Source: Bugula neritina
Lineage: Eukaryota > Animalia > Bryozoa
Direction of reading: 5' to 3'
Assembly (NCBI GenBank): GCA_964035545.1
Contig: OZ037766.1
Coordinates: forward strand, 496,001-560,000
DNA length: 64,000 nucleotides
Part shown: positions 34,731 to 46,336 of the stretch, piece after piece
Numbering within the stretch: the first letter of the stretch is position 1
How the letters are laid out: each line of letters begins with the position of its first letter
Program-made: the position numbers and the translations under genes
The notes under the pieces: model-generated
The model's database searches: none
Told to the model about the DNA's origin: nothing
Seen by the model: the letters and a program-made list of their open reading frames with translations, nothing else

Positions 34731-35833
34731 AGATACACTGAGAAATAGATGTTACTTACTATGTAGATAGAACATAAGTTTAGCTATGTGGTTCTCCGGT
34801 ACATCTACACAGAGATTGTCTTCCTTGAGTCCAACATTTATAATAGTACAGCCTGCCATACTACTACAATACACGTCTTAGTTCTTTGACTATTATTCGT
34901 TTAGCTCTGCTATGAGTGGCACAAAAAGTGAACATAAAATATTAGCAATAAATTGTTTCAATAGAAGTGCATGAATGACTGCAGGTATACAATCAATTTC
35001 AAACAAACACCTTTGAATGAATTCATTGACTTTATATTGCATAGCCTCACTTTCATATTCTTGTAGCTATTTACCTAATTGCATTTCTTTTTATTCTATT
35101 ATTTATTTAATTGATTTATTGATATTTATGTATTGGTAGAAAGTATGTGTGTCTCTTTGCTAGTAATAAGAACTGATAGTTTATAATCAACTAATTAATA
35201 ACATGGGAGTTATATCACTGAGAATATGAATGCAGCTTCACATTATTATAGAGTAAAGTTGCTAATATTATTTACTGCTGCACACTGGGGATATATAAGT
35301 AAATATACATTACTCAATATGTATCTCCGTCAACAGAGAACAGAGTTTCATGGCCTAAACCTTTACAATAGTAGAAACTAATATCAGGTGTTTAAATTCA
35401 GCTCAAGTGACTCTAAGAGTTTTCACATTGCATGTATAGTTATATGACTGAACTAACTCAGCAGTTATGCAGCTAAAAGGTATCACCAGAGCAATAAACA
35501 TCAATTAAAAACAACAAATTGACTAAATATTTCTTCTGTGAAAACATTTTGTATCTAAAACCTGGGATGTGAAAGCTGCTGTATGTAAACTTTAATTCAA
35601 GGACACGTGACCTCAGTTTTTCCGAGGGGTGCAATTACGTAAATCCCGGAAATTTTTGGAAGTTTTATTGCACAAAAGGACTCGTGTATGCTTTGATGGT
35701 AACTAAGATACTTTGAAATTAAAATACTGTGAACACAATATACTTATTGTTTCAATTAAACAATCTATTTGGTTTCATTATAAGGTGTGTTATAGCTGTT
35801 ACATAAGTGTGTGAGGAACAGGAGCTAAAAGTC

Positions 35834-38347
35834 ATGGCGACAGTGCCTATGTATGGTGGCTATAAAGACACTGGCTCATCATGCACTATACCAGATGATG
35901 ACTGTGCCAGACTCATGTATTACTTAAACTGTAAGCATTGATTTCCAGAACTTAGTTAAATACTGAGTAGAGGATGGTTTTATTTTTGGCTATGTTAGAT
36001 TCAAATTGTATTTCATTTTACTTTTCAAAATGTATAACTACAATATTGAGTGATGCATGTGTAGTACGTTGAATAAATTAGGATGTGGGTCATTTTACCT
36101 AATTGAGTACACACTGGAAATCTCCAGTTTTTAGCTGTTTTTTACAATTTAGCTGCTAATGAACATGGGTTTTTGCTCAAAACTAGTAAAATATCAATAA
36201 TTACACCTAAATAATCAAGGTCCTTTTTAATTTTGCTTGATTTCCCATGTTTTTTCCTAATTTATTTAGCTAATTTGGATTGCAGACCATTACGAAAAAA
36301 CTGTAATAGTCCGCAAACAAAAGTAGCTGAATAATTAGGAAAAAACATGCAGGGAAATCAAGCAAAATTAAAAAGAACCTTGATTATTTAGATGTATTTA
36401 TTGATATTTTACTAGTTTTGGGCAAAAACCCATGTTCATTATAGCAGCTAAATGACCCATGCGTATAATAAGTTTAGAATAGCCATCATTATTTATATTT
36501 TAATGTTGTCAATACATGGAAAGATCTATAATAATATTTGATTGTTTGTTCCAAGTTTATGCTACAAGGTAACTATACAGGTATATGCAGTTTATTTGAA
36601 CTGAAAGATGAACCTAAATTGAACCGTCTGAGAGACTATGAGAACTGGGAGTCACTCTCATTGGCTGAGAAGTCAAAACTGATTACACTTTGTGAGAGAT
36701 TACATCCAAGTGTATTGGAGAGTATGTATGACCCGCTATAAGTAATTGATAGAAAAATTCAGTTATACTACCAGAATTAAAAATGATTATAAATATATCG
36801 GCTGGCCTCTTAAACATAATAAACTTAGTTGTTTATATTTAGATAACTTTTTACCAAACAATAACCGTATTTTAACAGATTTTATAGACTAATAAATAAT
36901 TTTGTAAATAAATATAATTCAGCTTGTAATAATACATTATAATAAATATGAAAAAATAAATTAAAAAAGTATACACACACATGCACACGCACAGGAATGT
37001 AGTCTTTGATTGGTTAGCAGACTGAAGTATCATAATACAATAAATTAAACGAAGAATTTGCGTAGAAAAGACAACTCCTGATTATATGAGAATAACAGAT
37101 TTGCATGAAATAAAATATACTGAAGACAATATTATGCATCTAGTAAACTGGGAATTCATCAACTGGGAGGTAAATAAACATAGTTATGTCTGATTCACCC
37201 TGAAACTAATATAGTTCTTAAAGTCTCTAATTTTGTCAAGTATTTGAATGATAGACAAGTCCAGTTCATGCCCATATGTTTATTATATTATGGTGCTTGA
37301 TTCACATATGCACCGTGAGTATGTCCCCGTAGGGTCACAAATTTGTGCTGAAAAGGTGCTGCTGTTTAAAATACATTTTATTCCTTTCTCATCACACTAA
37401 TCCAAAATAATCTTAAAACATTTTTTTATTCTTCATAAACTTTTAAATGTAAAAATAATATTACAGTTTATTCTCAGTAAATTGATAATTAAAATAAGTA
37501 GTCTGCAAAAAATACAAATTAAAATTAAATGACTTCCTCATATTTTTATGTTGTAAATAAGTTATAAGAAGTTGCTTTAGCTGTTAGCATAATTATTCAG
37601 CAGAAAAACCCTTATTAATATTTCAACTGTATAGGAAATTCATAACCTAATACTTCTGTTGCTAATTTTTGTTAAATAGCATTGGCAAAGCTGCAGTTAT
37701 AATAACAGCCAGTGTAACGTAAGGATAAGGAGAAAACTGTTATAACGTACTATTTCAGTGGTTTACATTTCAATTTTCAGATTTCTTTTTAGAACATCTG
37801 CGAGTGTTTTTTGTTAAAAAGCTTCAAAAGAAGTCTGGGAACTCCTTCCTAACCCTCACTTCAAGTAAGACAAAGAATGAGAGAGAGATCATGGTTTGTG
37901 AAGAGCAGTGGTTGAGAACAAACTACTATAAAGCTTTGGAAGGACTGAGTGAGAAAATATACCCTTATCTGTTTATAAAAACAAGTTTATTAGTTTAATA
38001 GATTTTATATAAAGCAGCATATAGACTTTTATAATAATTCCCAAATATAGTCAAAAACAATAACTTTTGTTGGTCTTTTGTGAGCTAAACTATAGGTTTG
38101 ATATTTTATAACTTCAATAACTTGTTTAGATGTTACTTTGAAACTTGTTTGTATCCATCTTTCAAAAAGGTCCAGTTGCTCTGCTATCAAAATTATTTCA
38201 TTTGATTTACAAGGCATGATCTACTACTATAAAAATGACATCGCAATTAAATTTTAAGCACTAAACTTGAATATATATATATATATATACATAACACATA
38301 TACACTATATAAATAATATATATGATGTCTATTTTATATATATATAT

Positions 38348-38408
<61 letters not shown>

Positions 38409-41400
38409 TGCATGCACAGCGAGAAATATTAGTGCATGGGGTGCACTAAAGTTGTTCGCAGCGCCTTTTATTGTCGTTATAGCCTGCACCACACCTCAAA
38501 TAGTTGTTATACCTGCACTTATTTTGATAAAATTGAAAATTCATCAGATTAGTGTAAGCTGAACAATATTTAGTTGTAGCTCTGAAACCACTTAGTTGTT
38601 CAGTCAACACTACTTTTCACCATTATTATGTAATCATCATCACTAGATCTCTGAATGAAGCTAAACAGTGGTTGATGGGAGCAGAAAGTGAGATCAATGC
38701 TACAACTAAATATGTTCAAACAAAATTTTATTTACATAAAAATCATGGAACCATTGGCAGTTGTTCACCTAACAACATTATTCGTTCACATGTGCACTAA
38801 TGATAATCACAAAGCTTTATAAGAAGCTAGGATAGAGTAAACACTCAAGTTGAACCTTACATTTGGGTCGATTCAAATAGTGCTTCCCAGTTAGATGCCA
38901 TTTATACATCTTACGTGCAATTTATTTGAATACTATTATAATATATGTATATCTAAATAAATTTAAGTCAATTGCTCTTTATAATTGGCGAACAAATAAA
39001 TTTCTTTAATCTGCATAAATTTATTAATTTTGCATTTTCTACACTTATTGTTTTTTGAAAAAAATGTTTTATCATTAATGCATTAAATTCTTTTTTAGGT
39101 CCGAACAAATTTGGGAAAATTTGAATATTATTGCAAATATATCATATTAATGGTATTTCATGTTTAGCGATTGATATGAAAGTTATATAAGGATCTATAG
39201 GTATATAATATTTTGTATCAAAATAAAAAATACAACCTTACTGAGAAGCATATAAGTGGAATGAAACTCCTTTAACCTAGCGTTCATGACTCCACAATTT
39301 CTATGAACCTAAGATATTTTCAAATAGCTTGTTACCAGACTGATATTAAACATTGCCCCACTCTGTTTATCAAAAACTAAGGCTATGCAGTTTAATTTAT
39401 AAACAAAAAAATTTCAACTACAAATACCTCTCGTATGGGCAGTTTAGGCTTCACTAGTCAATTCTATTCATGGAAAGGAAAGCCAACTAATTTAAAATGT
39501 GTGTAAAAGAGAGATCAGGGAGATGCATCATTAAACTCCAACATACTCAGTTATTAGCAAATGTGTTTCAAACAAGAAGCCCAAAATTAACAATAAAAAA
39601 AGCTACTGAATAGTCAATTGTGGATCAGGTAAACCACTTCAAAAGCCTAAGTAAGTTGTGTAAGCTATCTGGTGGAACAAAAGGAAATGTTGCATAACAG
39701 AGCTATAGTAAAGAAATATTTAAATTGTAATTCAAAGGCAAGAAACTGGCTTACCAAGGAGTGACAGTGCAAAGCAAAGGACATAGTTTTCAGTCAGGTC
39801 TATTGACAGAAGAAATATTATGCCGGCATAGTGAACACCAGAAGCTCAGACTAAGAGGTTGTGCTTTAAGATACAGTGAATTTGTGATTCCAAACAACCT
39901 CACAACATGGAAGACATTGAATCATTTAATCACATGGGTAAAGATAGCAGTTATCTCTTAGAGATAGGAGATGATCACTTTCTTTCAGAGTTCGAAACTG
40001 AAGTTGTCATTGCAGCAAAGGGTAAGCTCAATCATTTGCTTAACATTGTCATTTGATATCACAATGACAGTATGACTATTGCTGTAGACAGATAATTGAA
40101 TTTGTGCAACTATAACTTTTAAAAGACCACATTGACTGATATTTCTCAAACTACTCTATTCCTATATCAATTTGATACTAGTTTTTCTATAACCATCCAT
40201 TTCCAAAAAATTTAGCGTTTTGTTTCCACTTCACCTTCTAGCAATTTGTGCTAAATTCATTTATTTGAATCCCCCCCCTCATTGTAAAAGTATTGTTAAT
40301 AATGCAGTTTAGCAGGCTACAAGTAGTTATCGGCCTTAAGCAGCTGCCAAGCTAGCTTCTTGTTTCATACTTTATAGCTAAGTACCAAAATGCCAAAATT
40401 AGTGGTAAGTTGGCAAAGTTGATAAATACACAAATTTTTTTATTAACTCCCGTACCACCAGTTTATTCTATAATTTATCTTTGCACAGCGCAATTAAATA
40501 TAAAAACATGTTTAAGTAGCAATATTTTTCTTGGTAGTACATTATTTGTTTTTCAATTTATAGACATACTGAAACTTATCTGTTATCTCAATATGAGGGG
40601 TCCATATAAAATACTGAATCTAGCTTAAATTGTGGTTCTCTGAAATTTTGAGATATTTTTAATGCAGAGAAGCTTCTATTAACTAAACTATTTATGTCCA
40701 ACAGCTCTTGCATTTGTAATTAAGAAAGAAGTAAAATAAAATGCTGGTCAAAATTGTTACTAAATTTTGATAAGCTCAAACTAACCCAAACACTACTCAA
40801 CATAATGATCATAAGTTTGCCAAAGCCTGTACAGTTATTCAGCGTCAAACAATTGGTATGATAGCGTCAAACAATTGGTATGATAGCGTCAAACAATTGG
40901 TATGATAGCGTCAAACAATTGGTATGATAGCGTCAAACAATTGGTATGATATAGCGCTGAAAATATGCTGAGAGATTCATTGCTAGCCTTATTGATACTA
41001 TTAGTTTTGGCCTTAGACTTCAGCTTCTACAAAATTGAACTTAATTTATTTACGCTGCTTGTGATTGTATATCTTAACCATATTTTCACTGTTCATACTA
41101 ATACAGTGTAAATATTACACAACTTTCATCTGTTGTTGTAGATCCCATACCATTTTTCAAAAACATGCACTTGAAGATGCTGAATAAGAGCACAAAAAAG
41201 AATTTGATCGCCACAGAACTTCGAACCATGCAGAGACCTTCAGCCTGCAAGCAGACGCACTCACCACTACATTACAAGCGTCACTGGGTGCTCTCGACAC
41301 TACACCTCACCCACTTCTCAAGAACTCAGCTGCCCTTTTTATACTACTCCTTCAGGCTTCCCTGACCACTCAACTCCTCTTTGAGTACTACCACACTTTA

Positions 41401-43121
41401 CTAACCACTGGAATTAGTTATAAAACTTCTCCCTCCCCCCTCCCGTACTGGAGTTCCTATCACAGACCTCGGACTTGCACATAGCTGTGCTAACCATTAC
41501 ACACCACAACTGCTTGGTTATCGATACACTACAGAGCAAGAATGTAATGACACACACTATGGTCTTAGCAGGTTCTGCTAATATTGAGAAAAGTTGACTG
41601 AATTTACAGTCGTAGAAAAATTTTGCAAATGTTTATTTTCATATTTTCATCTTATTTTAATCTTTAGAAGTAATCTTTTTTGCATTTCTTATATTCAACT
41701 ATCATATACAATAAACTCCACATTACCATACTTTCATACTGGTTAGAAGTTATAACAAGTTAGTTCAGAATGATCAGTAATAATTTTTGCAGAAGCTTAT
41801 TTCCAACAAACATTAGAGCAGCATGGAACATTTATAAGTTCAGCATTGAATATAACTTAGTAAAGCATTGAGCATAACTAAGATCACCATTAAACATAAA
41901 TAAAATCATCATTAAACATATATAATATCACTATTGAGCATAAATAAGATCACCATTGAAAATAAATAAGATCACCATTGAAAATATATAAGCTCACTAT
42001 TGAACATATATAAGATCACCGTTGAACATAACTTGGCTCATTGTGATAAATACAAAGAATCAACTTCACAACTCTTTATATCAACATTGATCTAACATAC
42101 TATTCACTGTGAACAGTACCTGACACTAATTTCTATTCACTGCTGGTCAATTTAGGGATCCAAAAAACGAGCTGTTTTAGTTGTCAGCTAATGTTCACCC
42201 TAACACTAATATTTCTCTCTGTACACACACACACGCACACACGCACACACGCACACACGCCCACACGCACACACGCACACACGCACACACGCACACACAC
42301 GCACATATATATAGACATCATATATATTATTTATATAGTGTATATGTGTTATGGATTATAGCCTATATTATTTAGATATTATATAAAATATAGTTTCTAT
42401 TATAAAAGTAGATTCTATTTCTTTTGTTAATTTTAGAGCAAGAAATCAGAGAAGCTGAGTCACCTAATCGTTCAGGTATCAACTCAGGACTGGCTGATAA
42501 GTTATGGCCGACTGAAACTGAGAGCTATTTTAAATCCATGAGTCACTATTGAAGTAATTCTAAGCTGTTGAATGCTAAGCTTTAGGCAAAGTTCTTTTCA
42601 GCTGTGTTTTAGTAAAAGATGGAAAATATGATTATAATATTATAATAATATTTATGGCTGGCAATAAAAATAATATTTGTGGAATTGAATGACAACATAT
42701 TGCATTGGATGTGAAAGCAGCATTAACGCAGTGATTTTTTTATTGATTTAGTTTCCAGACAGCAAAGTTGTTTTCACCAATTCAAAAGTTTAGAAATTGA
42801 TGTAGAAAGGTTTCCTAGTTATCATGTTTGCTTTACGTCATCAATACCTGATTACTAACTAGCACAACTCTTGTAAGCTGCAGAATTATATTATGTAATG
42901 TCATATTGTACAAAACAAAAGAAAATAATTAACAATTGTGCAAAACCCGTTTTATCATTTTAGTAGGAAGCAATCCCACAAAAGATGATGGCTTAGAATT
43001 TGCGAAAGCTGCAGCAACTGCAGGTGCAGCAGCTGTAGGTTTATTAACTGCGGGTGTAGCTGCTCCAATAGCAGTGCCTGCAGCAGTGGTGACGGGATTT
43101 TGGAGGTGGATGACCAGATAA
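35834..43121 (+). CDS. Uncharacterised family gene B; exons 35834-35930, 36581-36721, 37793-37948, 42437-42475 (or -42496), 42967-43121
   Basis: MATVPMYGGYKDTGSSCTIPDDDCARLMYYLNCICSLFELKDEPKLNRLRDYENW...IMVCEEQWLRTNYYKALE...AAATAGAAAVGLLTAGVAAPIAVPAAVVTGFWRWMTR. The ancestral exon-4 donor is mutated (ATAAGT). Confidence 0.78.
36087..36458. mobile_element. Foldback MITE, same family as 13647-14068
   Basis: GGGTCATTT...AAATGACCC ends; arms ~36140-36285 and ~36315-36452 are reverse complements. Confidence 0.82.
40840..40950. repeat. 22-bp tandem repeat, 5 copies
   Basis: agcgtcaaacaattggtatgat. Confidence 0.92.
41430..41520 (-). mobile_element. tRNA-derived SINE head (degenerate)
   Basis: Minus strand reads agcagttgTGGTGTAATGGttagcacag..., an A-box-like tRNA 5' arm. 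Related heads at 47794-47825 and 48841-48945. Confidence 0.45.
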
Positions 43122-43323
43122 CGGTAATCAACTTATGCTTCAATTATATGTCTATTATTATATTATCATATGTCACAAACTCAAGCTGCTATAGCATTTT
43201 GCAATGCTCGTGACTCCTAGGTGACCGAGTCACTTGAGCTCTCTGGCTTGGGTTTACACACCTTTTAAGTATGCTTTGGTATAAACATATTTTTCTACTA
43301 TTGCGAAGGTGTGGGCCATGGTA

Positions 43324-43381
43324 CTCTGTTCTGTGCTGATGAGGGGACAAATCCCGAAACAGCTGCTGTACACAGATTGAG
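43324..43381 (+). ncRNA. Type I hammerhead ribozyme, intact core
   Basis: Stem I TCTGTG/CACAGA; CTGATGA (43336-43342); stem II GGGG-ACAAA-TCCC; GAAA (43356-43359); stem III CAG-CTG-CTG; cleavage triplet GTA, cut after 43370. Confidence 0.9.
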
Positions 43382-46179
43382 ATATATATAATGTGCGTGT
43401 GCGTGTGTGTGTGTGTGCGTGTGTGTGTGTGTGCGTGCGTGCGTGCGCGTGTGTGTGTGTGTTAGAAAGAGGTAGGTTTACAACAAATTTTAATAGGTAA
43501 AAGTTAAAAAGTTTTAAAAAGTAATTCTTTTTTAATTTTAGTTTCGCGAAACCTATGTGTTAACCAGAATTAAAACTTTAACAATTTAACTTAATTAGTT
43601 TAGCGCTCAGTTCAGTTATGCCGTTTTATATGTGGCTTTATTTTTACTGCAGCATCCTTATAGACGTCATAATATGTCGTTGCACTATTCCTATAACATC
43701 ATCATTAATTGAACTTGCTTGGGAAAATTTATGTTTCAAATTCATAAAACTCCCGCACAATTTAGATTGTTGAAATCATACTTACAGGGTATAGAGGAGA
43801 AGGCAGAAAAGAAGAAATAACAATTGCTTGTTAAAGGCTGTCTTTAATCAAACTTTAAGTATTTTTATAAATATGAATATTATACTGAATCAATGCACAT
43901 ATATTATATGAGCTCTAACACTATTCCATTTATGGCAATTCAAAACTTTATAACAATCTAAAAATAATATATTTTGTAATATCATGTAGTTGGCAGGTTT
44001 GTATCAAGAAGCAAAAAATTATTATGAACATTATTTCATCAGAATAATATGTTATTATGTGACTCAGACAAACAGCTTAGCAATAAATATCGGTTTAAAC
44101 TAGAAACTGCCTTTTAAATTTATGTTTTCTATGATAAGGATCAATAATTTTCTGAATTGTACTTAAAACTTGTTTGAATCAATATTTTGTTAATTGACTG
44201 ATAGCATATATCAGAATTAAAAACCCATTTCTATGTTGGTTAAAGTTTTCTATTTAATTCCACTCGGCAAATTTGATACTATAACTCTTTATGTCAAAAT
44301 TTTTGTTTGCATTAATTCAACTCATACACAAATCAAAAAGTACTTCAACTTTTATTATACTTTATAAAGTTTCTATGTTTAAAAATATAGTCACTAAAAC
44401 GTCGAAACTTATCTATACTACAATCCCTTTGATGCCAAGAATAAAGTTGTTTTTTTGTTGAATAAGTTATTTGTATAAGTAATTTTTAGATAGAGGTGCT
44501 TTGAACATATGAAGGCTTAAAATATGTTTTTAAAAACTTCACAGCAGTTATTCAATACTACAGTTGCTCTGTTTACAACATAGACACTCTGTAGTGGCAA
44601 TATATATAGTCACACGTTACAGAGTAGTTTATTACAGTAGTATATTACAATGTCTAGTAACACAATAGCAATATCATGCAGATCCATCCAATAGTGTATC
44701 AAGTTTAAAGGATTTAAATATATAGAAGTTTCTTATTTATATTAGTTTTATCATACTAAACCTGGTTGCAGTTTATACAAGTATTCCCAAGTCCTTCAGC
44801 AATCAGAGGGGCCACAACTCCTCACCATCATTCAAGTAAATCTTAATTTCCTGTAATTTAGTCTTAAGCTTTACTTCATTCAAAATTCATTTAAAAGGTT
44901 TCTGATATTCAAAAATGGGTAATTGGCTTTACTTGACCCATTGAAATACTAAACTTTATTCATGAGTTTATGTTATAGCAGAAACTTTTACTGAGCTTTT
45001 CTACTCCTTTGTTAATGTAGATTGCTAAGAGTTCTGCATTGCAAGTAGCAAGTCCATATTGCTATGCTCTGCATGTGCTCTCTTCTGTGGCATCCATCAA
45101 ATAAAACACAAAGTTATATTCTCTCTTGTTAAGACACCTGCATCTAAATATTGCTGAACTGCTTAGCTTCAGGTCACATCCAATGAAGCACAAATCCAAC
45201 TCAAATTTAACATCACCTGGTAGTTGCTCTGTGTATATCTGTGACTCTTAGTTCTCTCAAAATAATTGATATTACCAAACAATTAATTTCTTTATTCACT
45301 TTTACATTTCCTGCCCCAACAATATATAATTGCATTACTATTATAATATTTTATTGTATTTTTGTAATACTATAATATCACTAGAACATTATCTTTGTTG
45401 GTCATAAATTTCCACATAATTCTCACATCTACTCATTCATCAGATATTAGTAGTTTTAAATACATCTTCTTCTAGAATACAATATTGTTAGTAAAACAAT
45501 GCATATATAGTCTTCCACTTTGTCTATATGAGTCAGCAAATGGCAGCAAACTTAATTTAGATATACTCAACAAAGAGGAGACTATAAGAATCCTGCTTAG
45601 TAAGTATTTAATTTTTATAAAAATATATATTTTGAGATGTGCGTGCAGCATGTGCATGACACGTGTGTATTATGTACGTGGGACATGTTTTTGACATTTC
45701 TTAGCATGAATTAGACATGCATGTGTGAAATATTATAATCAAGTTTTCTATTTTAAATTTACATATAAATATGAGCAGAATATATTATAAACTAGAACGA
45801 TACAGTTTACGCAAGTTCTTTAGAAGCATTCCCAATAAACCTTAATTAGAGACAAAAACATGTTTAGACAACTCCTAGAAGTTTAAGCTAGTTTCCCATT
45901 GAAATAGTACATCAGTCTAATATACTTGTTGAGAATGGTCAGCACTTCTAACTGAGTCACTTTCAATGTTTGCTGATTCGTGTTATCTGCATATAATATA
46001 GTAAACTCTGTTGACTATTATAGCTATTATTGAATGAATATTAATTGACAGTACAGTAGAATAGTAAACATGAACTATAATTGCCATAAAGTAAAAACAT
46101 CTATCCTTCTGCCTTTTCATGTCAATAGTATATAATTCCAAGGTCTGCCTCAATTATTACATAGATAGAGGAACATTTT

Positions 46180-46189
46180 GGGAATTTCC
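46180..46189 (+). promoter_or_regulatory. Consensus NF-kappaB site upstream of gene C
   Basis: GGGAATTTCC ~150 nt before the ATG, inside a promoter block conserved with genes A and B. Confidence 0.55.
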
Positions 46190-46336
46190 ATGACACAAAG
46201 GACACAGGTATGCTTTGATGATCACTAAGATACACTGAATCTTCAATACTGCAAACACAATTCACTTATTGATTTTATTTACCCATCAGTGTTGAGAAAG
46301 CTTTCATTATTGCTTGAGGAACAAGAAGTAGCAAAC

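Larger units (their letters stand above)
38290..42352. mobile_element. ~4-kb segment bounded by inverted repeats inside gene B intron 3, possibly an old DNA transposon with nested debris
   Basis: cataacacatatacactatataaataatatatatgatgtcta (38290) is the exact reverse complement of tagacatc...gtgttatg (ending 42352); a second pair gagaaatattagtg / cactaatatttctc lies internally. Confidence 0.55.

Noticed and set aside
41430-41520. Functional tRNA gene
   Set aside because: Only an A-box-like 5' arm; no intact T-loop or cloverleaf, so treated as a SINE head.
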